A stretch of DNA of 64,000 nucleotides from an uncultured Actinomycetes bacterium (GCA_963742735.1 CAVUMN010000003.1:307317-371316); one strand, 5' to 3'; shown: positions 50,625 through 60,693, counted from the first letter of the stretch. Translations and numbers: made by a program. The notes: generated by a model not told the origin, from the sequence alone.

Positions 50625-51206
50625 GTGAGTGACGCCCAGCCGGTCGAGGACGCTGATCTCCGGCAATCGTTCGAGGCGGAGGCCCTGCCCCTGCTGCCCG
50701 GCCTCTATCGCGCGGCCCTGCGCCTGACCCGGAACCCCACCGACGCCGAGGATCTCGTGCAGGAGGCCTACCTTCGCGCGTACCGGGGATTCCACCAGTT
50801 CACACCCGGGACCAACCTGAAAGCGTGGCTCTATCGGATCCTCACCAACCAGTTCATCAACACCTACCGCAAGAAGCAGCGCGAGCCGCAGACCGTCCCC
50901 GACGAGGAGGTCGAGGACTGGTACCTGTACAACCGGCTGGCCCGCGAGGCTCCCGATTCCTCGGCGGAGGCGGTGGTGCTGGAGTCCATGCCGGACGAGG
51001 ACGTCCGGGCCGCCCTGGAGGCGCTTCCCGAGACGTATCGGGCGGCCGTTCTGCTCGCGGACGTCGAGGGGTTCTCCTACAAGGAGATCGCGGAGATCCT
51101 CGAGATTCCGATGGGCACCGTGATGTCGCGACTGCATCGCGGAAGGAAAGCGCTGGAGAAGGCGTTGTGGGAGAAGGTACGGGAGAGGGGCCTTGTCAGG
51201 GATTGA
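50625..51206 (+). CDS. ECF RNA polymerase sigma factor (SigR/SigH-like)
   Basis: GTG start; region 2 ([13 protein letters not shown]) and region 4 ([25 protein letters not shown]). Confidence 0.85.
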   Translation: MSDAQPVEDADLRQSFEAEALPLLPGLYRAALRLTRNPTDAEDLVQEAYLRAYRGFHQFTPGTNLKAWLYRILTNQFINTYRKKQREPQTVPDEEVEDWYLYNRLAREAPDSSAEAVVLESMPDEDVRAALEALPETYRAAVLLADVEGFSYKEIAEILEIPMGTVMSRLHRGRKALEKALWEKVRERGLVRD

Positions 51207-51429
51207 CTGCGAAGCCGTGCTGCGCCAGGTGGAGCTCTACCTCGATGGTGAGCTCGAGACCGTGGCCTACAGCGAGCTCGAAGTGCACCTCACCGGGTGC
51301 TCTTCCTGCATGCACCGCGTGGAGTTCCGCAGCGCGCTGCGCCGGATCGTGAAGGCCAAGTGCGCCTCCGACCCGGTACCCGGAGACCTCATGCAGCGGA
51401 TCCGCTCGTCTCTGTGGGACCAGGACTGA
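51193..51429 (+). CDS. zinc-finger (ZAS) anti-sigma factor, RsrA/RshA-like
   Basis: TTG start overlapping sigma gene; HLTGCSSC (Hx3Cx2C) ZAS motif and N-terminal DCEAVL...YLDGEL. Confidence 0.75.
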   Translation: MSGIDCEAVLRQVELYLDGELETVAYSELEVHLTGCSSCMHRVEFRSALRRIVKAKCASDPVPGDLMQRIRSSLWDQD

Positions 51430-51498
51430 ACCCGGCCTTCCGGCGCGCCGAATACCCGAGCAAGGAGACGGCCGCTCCCCCCGACGCGGCCCATCGCC

Positions 51499-51687
51499 AT
51501 GAAGGGAACCCGACCCGGCCATCACCCGCAGCCCTCCAAGCGGGCCGAGCGCGCCTCCCGGGCGTGCGAGGAGCCCGGATGCGACACGCGCCTGTCGGCA
51601 TACAACCTCGGAACCCACTGCTGGCAGCACACCGAGCTGACCTTCCCGAACTACCGCGGCAAGCGCCTGGCCGACGGTCGGGCTTGA
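51499..51687 (+). CDS. small Cys/His-rich hypothetical ORF
   Basis: 62 aa, ACEEPGCDTRLSAYNLGTHCWQH; weak RBS. Confidence 0.25.
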   Translation: MKGTRPGHHPQPSKRAERASRACEEPGCDTRLSAYNLGTHCWQHTELTFPNYRGKRLADGRA

Positions 51688-51831
51688 CCGGTTCCGGTTC
51701 TCTGCCCGTCATTCGCTGATAGGCTCGTTCGCAGGGTTCGGCCCGGGTAACCCCTGAGGGAGCCGTTTCCGGTTCGCCGTGGGGTTGTGAAACAATGCAA
51801 CCACCTATCCGGGTCCCCCAAGGAGCCGAAA

Positions 51832-52029
51832 ATGGCCCAGAAACGAGCCCCCGCCCCGAAGTACCTCAAGACCGCCGAGGTCGCGGAGATCCTGCACGTC
51901 TCCCCGAAGACCGTCACGCGGTGGGCCAAGGACGGGAAGCTGCCACACTCGCGGACGCTCGGCGGCCATCGCCGGTTTCCGAGCGAGCGCATCCAAGAGC
52001 TGGCCGACGAGCTGATCGAGTCCGTCTAG
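51832..52029 (+). CDS. bldC: BldC-like MerR/excisionase-family small HTH regulator
   Basis: TAEVAEILHVSPKTVTRWAKDGKLPHSRTLGGHRRF very close to Streptomyces BldC. Confidence 0.8.
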   Translation: MAQKRAPAPKYLKTAEVAEILHVSPKTVTRWAKDGKLPHSRTLGGHRRFPSERIQELADELIESV

Positions 52030-52081
52030 CCCGCATCGGCGCCTCTGACCTCCCCGCGGTGGCCGGGGTATCTTCCTGCCC

Positions 52082-53398
52082 GTGTTCGGCAAGGTCCTGG
52101 TCGCCAACCGCGGTGAGATCGCCTGCCGCGTGCTCCGCACCCTCCACCGGCTCGGGGTAGCCGGCGTCGGCGTGTACTCCGACGCCGACGCCCAGGCCAA
52201 GCACGTTCGCGAGGCCGCCGAGTCGGTGCGGATCGGCGAGCCTCCGGCCACGGTGTCCTATCTGAACCCCGCCGCGATCGTGGATGCGGCCCTGGCGAGC
52301 GGCGCGGAGGCCATCCATCCCGGCTACGGATTCCTCTCCGAGAACGCGATGTTCGCTCGGGCGGTGGCCGACGCCGGGCTGGTGTTCATCGGCCCGCCCC
52401 CCGAGGTGCTCGAGCTCTCCGGCGACAAGGTGGCCGCCCGCAAGGCGTTCGACGCGGCGGGGTTCCCGGTGCTTCCCGGAGGTGGGCCGTACGAGACCCC
52501 GGAGGAGGCGCTGGCCGCGTCCGCGGAGGTCGGCTTCCCGATCATGGTGAAGGCGACGTCGGGCGGCGGCGGGATCGGCATGGGCATCGCCGAGGACGAG
52601 ACGGAGCTCGTCAAGCAGGTCGAGACGGCCTCCACCCGGGGGGAGCGGTTCTTCTCCGACGCCTCCGTCTACCTGGAGCGGTACGTGCCGGGAGGCCGGC
52701 ACATCGAGGTGCAGATCTTGGCCGACGACGCCCGGACGCTGCACCTGTACGAGCGCGAGTGCTCGGTCCAGCGGCGGCACCAGAAGGTGGTGGAGGAGTC
52801 GCCGTCGCCGGCGCTCGACGAGCCGCTGCGCGAGGAGATCTGCCGGGCCGCGGTGGCCGCGATGGAGTCGATCGGGTATCGCGGCGCCGGAACCGTCGAG
52901 TGCATCCTGACGCGCGACCGCGAGTTCTTCTTCCTGGAGGTCAACGCGCGACTGCAGGTCGAGCACCCCGTCACCGAGATGCTCACGGGGCTCGACCTGG
53001 TCGAGGAGCAGCTGCGGATCGCCGCCGGCGAGGGCATGTCGATCGAGGACACTCCGTCGAAGAGCGGGCACGCGATCGAGTTCCGCCTCTACGCGGAGGA
53101 TCCCCGAACCTTCCTGCCCGCCCCGGGCCGCGTCGAACGGCTCGTCCTGCCCGAGGACCCCGGGCGATGGCGGTACGACTTCGGGTACGACGAGGGGGAC
53201 GAGGTGCCGATGTTCTACGACCCGCTGATCGGCAAGATCATCGTGCACGGCGACGAGCGGACCGATTCGTTGGACGGTACGCCGCTGGACCTCGTGGAGA
53301 TCGAGGGCCTGAAGACCAACCTTCCCGCGCTGCGGACCGTCCTCGCCGGAGAGCGGTTCCGGTCGGGGGAGTACGACACCGGGTTGCTGGGACGATGA
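52082..53398 (+). CDS. biotin carboxylase (acyl-CoA carboxylase alpha-type, no BCCP domain)
   Basis: ATP-grasp motifs; ...GGGGIGMGIA..., EVNARLQVEHPVTEM; lacks biotinyl domain. Confidence 0.9.
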   Translation: MFGKVLVANRGEIACRVLRTLHRLGVAGVGVYSDADAQAKHVREAAESVRIGEPPATVSYLNPAAIVDAALASGAEAIHPGYGFLSENAMFARAVADAGLVFIGPPPEVLELSGDKVAARKAFDAAGFPVLPGGGPYETPEEALAASAEVGFPIMVKATSGGGGIGMGIAEDETELVKQVETASTRGERFFSDASVYLERYVPGGRHIEVQILADDARTLHLYERECSVQRRHQKVVEESPSPALDEPLREEICRAAVAAMESIGYRGAGTVECILTRDREFFFLEVNARLQVEHPVTEMLTGLDLVEEQLRIAAGEGMSIEDTPSKSGHAIEFRLYAEDPRTFLPAPGRVERLVLPEDPGRWRYDFGYDEGDEVPMFYDPLIGKIIVHGDERTDSLDGTPLDLVEIEGLKTNLPALRTVLAGERFRSGEYDTGLLGR

Positions 53399-54177
53399 GC
53401 GACGACGTCGTCCTCTACGAGGTGCGTGGGGCGTCGGCGTGGGTCACGATCAACCGGCCGGAGTCCCGCAACGCCCTGAACCCGGACGTCATGTCCGGAC
53501 TGGCCGACGCGGTGGAGCGTGCCGGGGCCGACGAGTCGCTGCGGGCGGTGGTGCTCACCGGGGCGGGTGACCGAGCCTTCTCAGCAGGCGGCGATCTCGG
53601 GGGGTTCGCGCCGGATACCTCGAAGGTGGCCCAGCACGGCGCCCGCGGGGCGATGGCTCGGTTGCTCGAGGCGCTGCAGGACTGTCCCCTCCCGGTGATC
53701 GCCCGGGTGCGGGGCCGGTGCCTGGCCGGGGGGTTCGGCCTGGCGCTGGGCTGTGACCTGATCGTCGCCGCGGACGACGCCGAGTTCGGCACGCCGGAGA
53801 TCGACATCGGGCTGTGGCCGTACATGATCACCGCGGTCATCCAGCGGAACATGCCTCGGAAGGTGGCCCTCGACCTCATGCTGACCGGGCGCCGGATGGA
53901 CGCCGCCGAGGCGGCGAGGTGGGGGATCGTGAACCGGGTCGTTCCGTCCGATGGTCTGGACGGCGCGGTGGACGAGCTGGTCGCCGTGCTGGCCGGCAAG
54001 AGCCCGCTCATCCTCCGGCTCGGGAAGGGCTCGTTCTACCGCGCCCAGGACATGACCTTCTCCGACGCCCTCGCGTTCCTCCACTCGATGCTCACGGTCA
54101 ACCTCGAGGCCGAAGACGTCGTCGAGGGAATCACCGCGTTCATGCAGAAGCGTCCCCCCGACTGGAAGGGTCGCTAG
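53395..54177 (+). CDS. enoyl-CoA hydratase/isomerase family protein
   Basis: ATGA overlap; crotonase fold AFSAGGDL, GRCLAGGFGLALGCDL. Confidence 0.85.
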   Translation: MSDDVVLYEVRGASAWVTINRPESRNALNPDVMSGLADAVERAGADESLRAVVLTGAGDRAFSAGGDLGGFAPDTSKVAQHGARGAMARLLEALQDCPLPVIARVRGRCLAGGFGLALGCDLIVAADDAEFGTPEIDIGLWPYMITAVIQRNMPRKVALDLMLTGRRMDAAEAARWGIVNRVVPSDGLDGAVDELVAVLAGKSPLILRLGKGSFYRAQDMTFSDALAFLHSMLTVNLEAEDVVEGITAFMQKRPPDWKGR

Positions 54178-54269
54178 GACCACCCGAGCGGGCTCTTGAC
54201 CGGCCGGCCTCGGCCTGATATTCCACATCGCATTTCGCCGGCCGGCCCGATCGAGCAGGGAGGCGCCTC

Positions 54270-55034
54270 ATGGCCACGGTCATCGACAACGTCAAGCGCG
54301 CGAAGAAGGGGCTTCCCGAGAAGGGGCAGCTCGTGATCGACAACGGCGTCGTCGAATGGCGAGGCGAGAAGGACGGGATCAAGACGCTGAGCGACGTCAA
54401 GGGCGTCGGGGTCTCGCTGAGCGCGCCCGGGGCCGTCGTCATCACCTATGGGGATCCCCAGCAGCAGGAGCAGTTCATCGACTTCAGGCGCGGGGCGCTG
54501 AAGACCCAGGGCCAGGCGAAGGTGCTCGAGCAGGACATCCGCGATGCTCTCGGACTGACGGCGGCATCGGCGGTGCCGTCCGACCCCGTGGCGGCCGGCA
54601 ACTTCCAGCGGATGGCGGCCCAGGCCGAGAAGTCGGCGGGAGCCAAGGGGATGATCTTCGGGGCGATCGCGCTCGCCGTCGGGATCGGGATCACCGTCGT
54701 CACCTACGGGAACGCGTCCAGCAGCCCCTCCGGCGGCAGGTACATCGTCGCGTGGGGGCCGATGCTGTTCGGGTTCATCGCGTTCGTGCAAGGGTTGTTC
54801 CGCTTCGTGAAGGGCAACGGCCAGCTCGCCAGGGCCGGCATGGCGCCGGCCGCGCAGACCGCGCCGCCCCCCACGGGGCCGCCGGTCGCCCCGCCCCCAC
54901 CGGCCGCGCCGGCTCCCGCCGACGCCGCGCCCGCGTATCCGCCTCAGGCCGCTCCGCCCCCGCCCCCGCCGATGTCGACGCCGGTGATCCTGCCGCCGCC
55001 CTCCGCGCCGCCCCCTCCGCCACCCGCGCCCTGA
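54270..55034 (+). CDS. membrane protein with proline-rich C-terminus (hypothetical)
   Basis: 2 TM helices; C-terminal PPPPPP-rich tail. Confidence 0.55.
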   Translation: MATVIDNVKRAKKGLPEKGQLVIDNGVVEWRGEKDGIKTLSDVKGVGVSLSAPGAVVITYGDPQQQEQFIDFRRGALKTQGQAKVLEQDIRDALGLTAASAVPSDPVAAGNFQRMAAQAEKSAGAKGMIFGAIALAVGIGITVVTYGNASSSPSGGRYIVAWGPMLFGFIAFVQGLFRFVKGNGQLARAGMAPAAQTAPPPTGPPVAPPPPAAPAPADAAPAYPPQAAPPPPPPMSTPVILPPPSAPPPPPPAP

Positions 55035-55131
55035 GGCGTGCCGGCGGGGGGCCGGGCTACAGTAGGCGCGAGCGGGCCCCGGAAAGCATCGGGGGTTGAG
55101 CCTCCGGCGACGGGCCCCGAGGAGGTGAACG

Positions 55132-56784
55132 ATGGCGGACCCCACGCCGTCTCCCGTTGCATCCGAGGGTGGCGAAGCGCCCGTGAGCACACCGGCGAAG
55201 CCCGCCCCAACCCTGACCTATTCCGGCCCGACGATGGCCGAGGCCACGGCGGATCTCCACCGGCGCCGCGACGACGCGCGCCAGATGGGCGGCCCCGAGC
55301 GCATCGAGCGGCAGCATGCCGGCGGCAAGCTGACCGTTCGTGAGCGCCTCGAGCGGCTGTACGACGAGGGCTCGTTCCTCGAGTTCGGGATGCTGGCGCA
55401 CCACCAGTCGGCGTCGCCGGCGATGCAGGGCAAGAACACGCCCGCCGACGGGGTCGTGTGCGGCATCGGCACGATCGACGGCCGCCGCGTCGCCCTGATC
55501 GCGTACGACTTCACGGTGATGGCCGGCTCGATCGGCATGGTCGGGGAGCTCAAGGCGACCCGGATGCGCGAGCTCGCGCTCAAGGAACGGATCCCCATCG
55601 TGTGGCTGATCGACTCGGCCGGCGCCCGCATCCAGGAGGCCGCCGGCTCGATGTTCGCCCGCACCGGCGACCTGTTCAAGGAGCAGGTCCACATGAGCGG
55701 GGTGATTCCACAGGTCTCCGCGATGATGGGCCCCGGCGCCGCAGGGACGGCGTACATCCCCGGGCTCGCCGACTTCGTGCCGATGGTCAAGGGCACCTCG
55801 AACATGGCCCTCGGAGGACCGCACCTGGTGAAGGCGGCGGTGGGCGAGGACGTCACCGCCGAGGACATGGGCGGCTCCGCGGTGCACAACAAGGTCTCCG
55901 GCGTGGCGGACCTCGAGGTCGCCGACGACGACGCCTGCCTGGAGGCCGTGCGCACCTACCTGTCGTTCTTCCCGTCCTCGAATCTGGAGAAGCCGCCGAT
56001 CCGGGAGACGTCCGACCCCATCGATCGCCGATGCGACCTGCTGCTCGATCTGGTCCCGGCCAACCCGCGGCAGGCGTACGACATGCGCAAGCTCATCGCG
56101 GAGGTCGTGGACGACCACGAGTTCTTCCCGATGAAGCCGGACTGGGCCCGCAACCTGATCACGGGCTTCGCCCGAATCGGTGGACGGCCGGTGGGGATCG
56201 TGGGCAACCAGCCGATGTTCCTGGGCGGCGCCCTGGATGTGAACTCCGCGGACAAGGCGGCCCGGTTCGTGTGGCTCTGCGACGCCTTCCATGTCCCGCT
56301 CGTCTTCCTGATGGACTGCCCCGGGTTCCTGGTCGGCTCGGCGGTCGAGAAGCAGGGGATCATCCGCCACGGCGCCAAGATGCTGTTCGCGGTGGCCGAG
56401 GCCACCGTCCCGAAGGTCACGGTGGTGATCCGCAAGGGCTACGGCGCCGGCTACTACGTGATGAACGGGCGGGCGTACGAGCCCGACATGATCGTCGCGT
56501 GGCCGACCGCGGAGATCTCGGTGATGGGCCCCGAGGGCGCGGTGAACATCATCTTCCGCAAGCAGATCGAGGCCGCGCCGCCGGAGCAGCAGGACGAGAT
56601 GCGGGACTCGCTGATCAACACGATCCGGGAGCAGATCAACCCCTACGTGGCGGCGGGCTGGTCGTTCGTGGACGACCTCATCGATCCCGCCGACACCCGG
56701 ACCGTGCTCGCTCGAGCGCTCGCGTTCGCCGAGACCAAGGTGGTCGAGCGGCCCTGGCGGAAGCACGGGGTGCTGCCGGTCTGA
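55132..56784 (+). CDS. acyl-CoA carboxylase carboxyltransferase (beta) subunit
   Basis: RBS GAGGAGG; PccB/AccD5-like motifs throughout. Confidence 0.9.
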   Translation: MADPTPSPVASEGGEAPVSTPAKPAPTLTYSGPTMAEATADLHRRRDDARQMGGPERIERQHAGGKLTVRERLERLYDEGSFLEFGMLAHHQSASPAMQGKNTPADGVVCGIGTIDGRRVALIAYDFTVMAGSIGMVGELKATRMRELALKERIPIVWLIDSAGARIQEAAGSMFARTGDLFKEQVHMSGVIPQVSAMMGPGAAGTAYIPGLADFVPMVKGTSNMALGGPHLVKAAVGEDVTAEDMGGSAVHNKVSGVADLEVADDDACLEAVRTYLSFFPSSNLEKPPIRETSDPIDRRCDLLLDLVPANPRQAYDMRKLIAEVVDDHEFFPMKPDWARNLITGFARIGGRPVGIVGNQPMFLGGALDVNSADKAARFVWLCDAFHVPLVFLMDCPGFLVGSAVEKQGIIRHGAKMLFAVAEATVPKVTVVIRKGYGAGYYVMNGRAYEPDMIVAWPTAEISVMGPEGAVNIIFRKQIEAAPPEQQDEMRDSLINTIREQINPYVAAGWSFVDDLIDPADTRTVLARALAFAETKVVERPWRKHGVLPV

Positions 56785-56906
56785 GCGCCGTCCCGGCCGA
56801 GGCCTCGCCGGACGAGCTCGTCGCCGGCATCGAAGCGCACCATCGCGAGCTCTCGGCGAAGTGGGCGAGGGCGCAGGGAGGCGTCGTCGACGACCGGCCT
56901 CAGCTG

Positions 56907-57605
56907 GTGCGGACGGTGGTCGGGCTCCCCGTGTCCTACACCAACCAGATCAACGCCGCGCGCCTCACGCCGGATGACGCCGACGCCGAGATCGCCGCCA
57001 CCGAGGCGTTGCTGGAGGGCCACGGCGTGCCCGGGATGTGGGTGGTCGGCCCCCTCAGCACGCCGGCGGATCTTGGCGAACGCCTGGTGCGGCGAGGATG
57101 GGTGCACGACGAGGACCTCCCGTGGATGGCCGCGCCGATCTCCCGGCTGCTCGAGCCCGGCCCCGAGGCCCCGCCGGGGCTGCGGGTGGAGGTCGTGGAC
57201 GACGACCACGCGCAGGCCCGGTGGCTCTCGGTGATGAGCGATGGGTTCGGGATGGACGCGAACGGGCGGGAGGCGATGTCGCGGCTGGCGGCGGCGGTCG
57301 GGTACGGCGAGGACCGCCCCTGGCGGCGGTTCGTGGGCTCGATCGACGGACGTCCGGTCGGCAGCGCCGGGCTGATGACCACCGAGCGGGTGGCCGGCGT
57401 GTACAACGTGGCGACGGTCCCCGACGCCCGTCGGCTGGGCGTGGGCGCCGCGATGACCGCCGTCGCCCTCAGGGAGGGCCGGTCCCGGGGCTTCGAGGTC
57501 GCCGTCCTGGGCGCCTCCACCAAGGGCTATGGGGTCTACCGGCGGATGGGCTTCGCCGAGGTCTGCCGGGTCGGCCTGTACGACTGGACGCCGCCGCCGG
57601 GCTAG
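56907..57605 (+). CDS. GNAT family N-acetyltransferase (start uncertain; frame open from 56785)
   Basis: C-terminal GNAT core ...VATVPDARRLGVGAAMTAV...GYGVYRRMGF; no canonical start until GTG 56907. Confidence 0.55.
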   Translation: MRTVVGLPVSYTNQINAARLTPDDADAEIAATEALLEGHGVPGMWVVGPLSTPADLGERLVRRGWVHDEDLPWMAAPISRLLEPGPEAPPGLRVEVVDDDHAQARWLSVMSDGFGMDANGREAMSRLAAAVGYGEDRPWRRFVGSIDGRPVGSAGLMTTERVAGVYNVATVPDARRLGVGAAMTAVALREGRSRGFEVAVLGASTKGYGVYRRMGFAEVCRVGLYDWTPPPG

Positions 57606-58342
57606 GCGTCGGGGGGCGACAGCAGATACGCGGAGGCCTCCCGATCGAACGCCGTCGCCACCAGGCCGGCGGCCATCGCCGCCTGCAGCTCGTCCGCGAC
57701 CGAGTCCCGGAGGGCTCGGGCCCCCTCCGGATCGGAGATGCGCAGCGCCTCGTGGTCGGCCGGGATGGTCACCCGCGCGGTCACCTCGGCCACCTCGCGC
57801 GGGCCCGGCGCTCCGTGGAGGTCCCACCGAACCTCCAGTCGGTCCGATCGCTGGCCACGGTTCACGTCGTCGTCCATGTCGCCGTAGTAGTGCTTGTGGA
57901 AGCGGTCCGCCACCGTCCCCAGGATCTGGAGGTTGAAGTACGCGTTGCGGGCGATGAGCGGATCGAACGTCCAGCGCATCGTGCCGATGCCCTGTTTCAG
58001 GGCCCACGCGCGCTGGGCCAGCTTCAGGGCTCGGCCCACGCCCCTGGACCGCTCGCCCCCGGTGACGGCGAGCTGATGGGAGTGCACGTGGAGCCCGTCC
58101 TCGCCCGCCCCGATGAACCCCAGGACGAACCCAACGACCTCCTCGCCGGCGAAGGCGCCCAAGGGGGGGATCCCGGCTCCCTGGAAGGCGCGGATCACCT
58201 CCCGGGGCACCAGCTGGCCGTCGCCCCACGCCTCTCGTTGGAGCCGGACGACCGCGCCCGCCTCGTCGAGGGTGGTGAGGGTCCGGATATCCACGCCGGC
58301 CTCCCCGGCGGCGAGCCGGGCGGCTTCGTGGGGATCGTCCAT
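57602..58342 (-). CDS. GNAT family N-acetyltransferase
   Basis: Acetyl-CoA binding motif QLAVTGGERSRGVGRALK; convergent with previous GNAT (4-nt overlap). Confidence 0.7.
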   Translation of the reverse strand: MDDPHEAARLAAGEAGVDIRTLTTLDEAGAVVRLQREAWGDGQLVPREVIRAFQGAGIPPLGAFAGEEVVGFVLGFIGAGEDGLHVHSHQLAVTGGERSRGVGRALKLAQRAWALKQGIGTMRWTFDPLIARNAYFNLQILGTVADRFHKHYYGDMDDDVNRGQRSDRLEVRWDLHGAPGPREVAEVTARVTIPADHEALRISDPEGARALRDSVADELQAAMAAGLVATAFDREASAYLLSPPDA

Positions 58343-58382
58343 GGCCGGCGAGTGTAGCCCCGCCGGCGGTACCCTCCTGGCG

Positions 58383-58982
58383 ATGGCGACCGACGAGCCC
58401 CACCTCGTGATGCACGAGCTGCACCGCCGGGCGGGGGAGACCTTCAACGCAGTTCTCCGGCAGGCGAACGGGACGGACTGGCATGCCCCGACGCCGTGCG
58501 GGGAATGGGACGTTCGCGAGCTCGTTCACCATGTGGTCTCCGGCAACCTCTGGGTGCCCCCACTCGTGGCCGGCGAGAGCCTCGCCGAGGCGGGAGCACG
58601 CCTCGACGGCGACCTGCTCGGGGACGATCCGATCGGGGTCGGGCTGGCCTCGACCGTGGCGGCCACCGCGGCGTTCGATGAGCCCGGCGCCCTGGAGCGA
58701 ACGGTGGAGCTCTCGCGCGGGCCGTCTCCGGCCCTGGACTACTGCGCCGAGCGGATGAACGACCTGGCGATCCACGCCTGGGACCTGGCCGCGGCCCTCG
58801 GGGTCACCGTCGAGCTCGACCGCGAGTGCATGGCCGCGGCGACGGCGTACCACCGGCCGCAGGAGGCAGTGGGGCGGCCCGCAGGGATGTTCGGTCCGCC
58901 GGTCGATGTCGCGCCGGACGCCGATCCACAGACCCGCTTCCTGGCGTTCTGGGGCCGACGCGCCGACTGGGCCCCCGAATAG
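58383..58982 (+). CDS. DinB/YfiT-like (mycothiol-dependent maleylpyruvate isomerase N-terminal domain, TIGR03086-like) protein
   Basis: HELHRRAGETFNAV...WDVRELVHHVV family signature. Confidence 0.65.
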   Translation: MATDEPHLVMHELHRRAGETFNAVLRQANGTDWHAPTPCGEWDVRELVHHVVSGNLWVPPLVAGESLAEAGARLDGDLLGDDPIGVGLASTVAATAAFDEPGALERTVELSRGPSPALDYCAERMNDLAIHAWDLAAALGVTVELDRECMAAATAYHRPQEAVGRPAGMFGPPVDVAPDADPQTRFLAFWGRRADWAPE

Positions 58983-59014
58983 CGCCGGGTCCCCGCGGGG
59001 CCTAGAGTCTGGCC

Positions 59015-59575
59015 ATGACCGCGCCCGGGGTCGGCGACCCAGCCCCCGACTCGGTCCTCTGGGATCCCGACGGCGAGGACGTCGCGCTCTCCAGCTTCTG
59101 GAGGGAGCGGCCCGCGCTGCTGGTGTTCCTCCGGCACTGGGGCTGAACGTTCTGCCGCCGGCACGTCGCGCAGTTGCGTGACGAGGAGGACCGACTGACG
59201 CCGCTGGCCAACGTCGTGTTGGTGGGCCAGGGGCGGCCCGAGCATGCCCGGGACTTCTGCGCGGCTCGCCGCGTCGCCGACCGCTTCCACTGCACGGTCG
59301 CTCCGCACAACGAGACGTATCGCCAGTACGGCCTCGACCGGGGGTCGTGGATGGCGGTGGCCGGGCCGAAGGTGTGGCTCCCCGGCGCGCAGTCCTTCTT
59401 CGGCCCCGAGACGCACCAGGGCCGAACGAAGGGCGACCCGATCCAGCTCGCCGGCACCTTCGTGATCGACGCGGCCGGCGTGATCCGCTTCGCGCACCGA
59501 AACCGGACGTCGGCGGATAATCCTGCGAACGAGGACGTGCTGGCCGCTCTCGAGGCGGTCGTCTCGGGTTCCTGA
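59015..59575 (+). CDS. peroxiredoxin-like (AhpC-TSA_2) protein with in-frame TGA at first Cys of GCxxC: candidate selenoprotein (GUTFC)
   Basis: Translation through TGA at 59144-59146 gives ...ALLVFLRHWG-U-TFCRRH... matching family motif FLRHFGCxFCR; hairpin CGTCGCGC-AGTT-GCGTGACG 17 nt downstream. Confidence 0.6.
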
Positions 59576-59590
59576 GGAAACGGAGGTCAG

Positions 59591-60478
59591 GTGGCGGTCC
59601 AGGACAAGGTGATCATCACGTGCGCCGTCTCCGGTGCGGTGGCGAACAAGCAGCAGTGCCCGGGCATTCCGTACACGCCCGAGGAGTACGCGAAGGAGGT
59701 CCGCCGGGCTCGTGACGCGGGCGCCACGATGGTCCACATCCACGCCCGGGAGCCCAACGGGACGCCGACCGTCAAGGCCGAGCACTACAAGGCCATCACC
59801 CAGGCGGTTCTCGCCGAGACGCCCGACATCATCATCAACTACTCCACCGGCTTCGTGGGGCTTCCGATGGCGGAGCGCGTCGCCCACATCGTCGAGCTCA
59901 AGCCCGAGGTCGGCGCGCTGAACATGGGCTCCATGAACTACGCGAAGTACTCGCCGAAGCGCAAGGGGTTCGTCTTCAACTTCGTGTTCGAGAACCACTT
60001 CGACGACATCATCTTTCTGCTCGAGCGCATGAAGGAGGCCGGTGTGAAGCCGGAGTGCGAGACCTTCGACGTCGGCCACGTGGAGTCGGTCGCCCCGCTT
60101 GTGGATCTGGGCGTGCTCACCCCGCCGATCCAGTTCTCTCTGATCCACGGCGTGCTGGGGGGCATCCAGGCCACCGCTCGCAACCTGGCCCACATGTCGA
60201 GCGTCGTCCCGGACGGGTCGACGTGGGGGGTCATCGCCATCAGCCGGAACCAGTGGATGATGGTCGCGGCGTCGGCCACCCTGGGCGGCAACGTGCGGGT
60301 CGGCTTCGAGGACAACTTCTACCTCCCGTCGGGGGAGATGGCGTCCTCGAACGGCGAGCTCGTGGAGTCGGCGGCCGCGATCTGCCGGCTGCAGGGACGC
60401 GAGGTCGCGGAGCCCCAGGAGGCCCGATCGCTGCTGTCGCTGCCCCTCGAGCCCGACCGAACCGCGGTGATGGCCTGA
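59591..60478 (+). CDS. 3-keto-5-aminohexanoate cleavage enzyme family (BKACE/DUF849, Kce-like)
   Basis: GTG start; VIITCAVSGA...MVHIHAREPNG...GFEDN hallmark of BKACE. Confidence 0.85.
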   Translation: MAVQDKVIITCAVSGAVANKQQCPGIPYTPEEYAKEVRRARDAGATMVHIHAREPNGTPTVKAEHYKAITQAVLAETPDIIINYSTGFVGLPMAERVAHIVELKPEVGALNMGSMNYAKYSPKRKGFVFNFVFENHFDDIIFLLERMKEAGVKPECETFDVGHVESVAPLVDLGVLTPPIQFSLIHGVLGGIQATARNLAHMSSVVPDGSTWGVIAISRNQWMMVAASATLGGNVRVGFEDNFYLPSGEMASSNGELVESAAAICRLQGREVAEPQEARSLLSLPLEPDRTAVMA

Positions 60479-60693
60479 TGGCCACCGAGGTCCAGGCCGA
60501 GATGGTCGCCAACGTCTGGAAGATCGTCGTGGCGCCCGGAGACACGGTGGCCGCCGGCGACCCGCTGGTGATCCTGGAGTCGATGAAGATGGAGATCCCC
60601 GTGGAGTCCCCGGTGGACGGCACCGTGAGCGAGCTCCGCGTCCAGGAGGGGGGCGTCGTCCAGGAGGGCGACGTCATCGCGGTCGTCGAGTAA
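60478..60693 (+). CDS. standalone biotin carboxyl carrier (biotinyl/lipoyl) domain protein, 71 aa
   Basis: TGATG coupling to kce; ESMKME biotinylation motif. Confidence 0.8.
   Translation: MATEVQAEMVANVWKIVVAPGDTVAAGDPLVILESMKMEIPVESPVDGTVSELRVQEGGVVQEGDVIAVVE

Noticed and set aside
49182-51206. 674-aa ORF extending the sigma factor upstream through ftsH antisense
   Set aside because: Only the last 193 codons (from GTG 50625) resemble an ECF sigma factor. The remainder is antisense to ftsH.
57602-58447. ORF-track 281-aa version of the minus-strand GNAT gene
   Set aside because: The N-terminal 35 residues are Arg/Cys-rich read-through. The start was taken at the internal Met (MDDPHEAARL), with a +/-1 nt uncertainty in my hand count.
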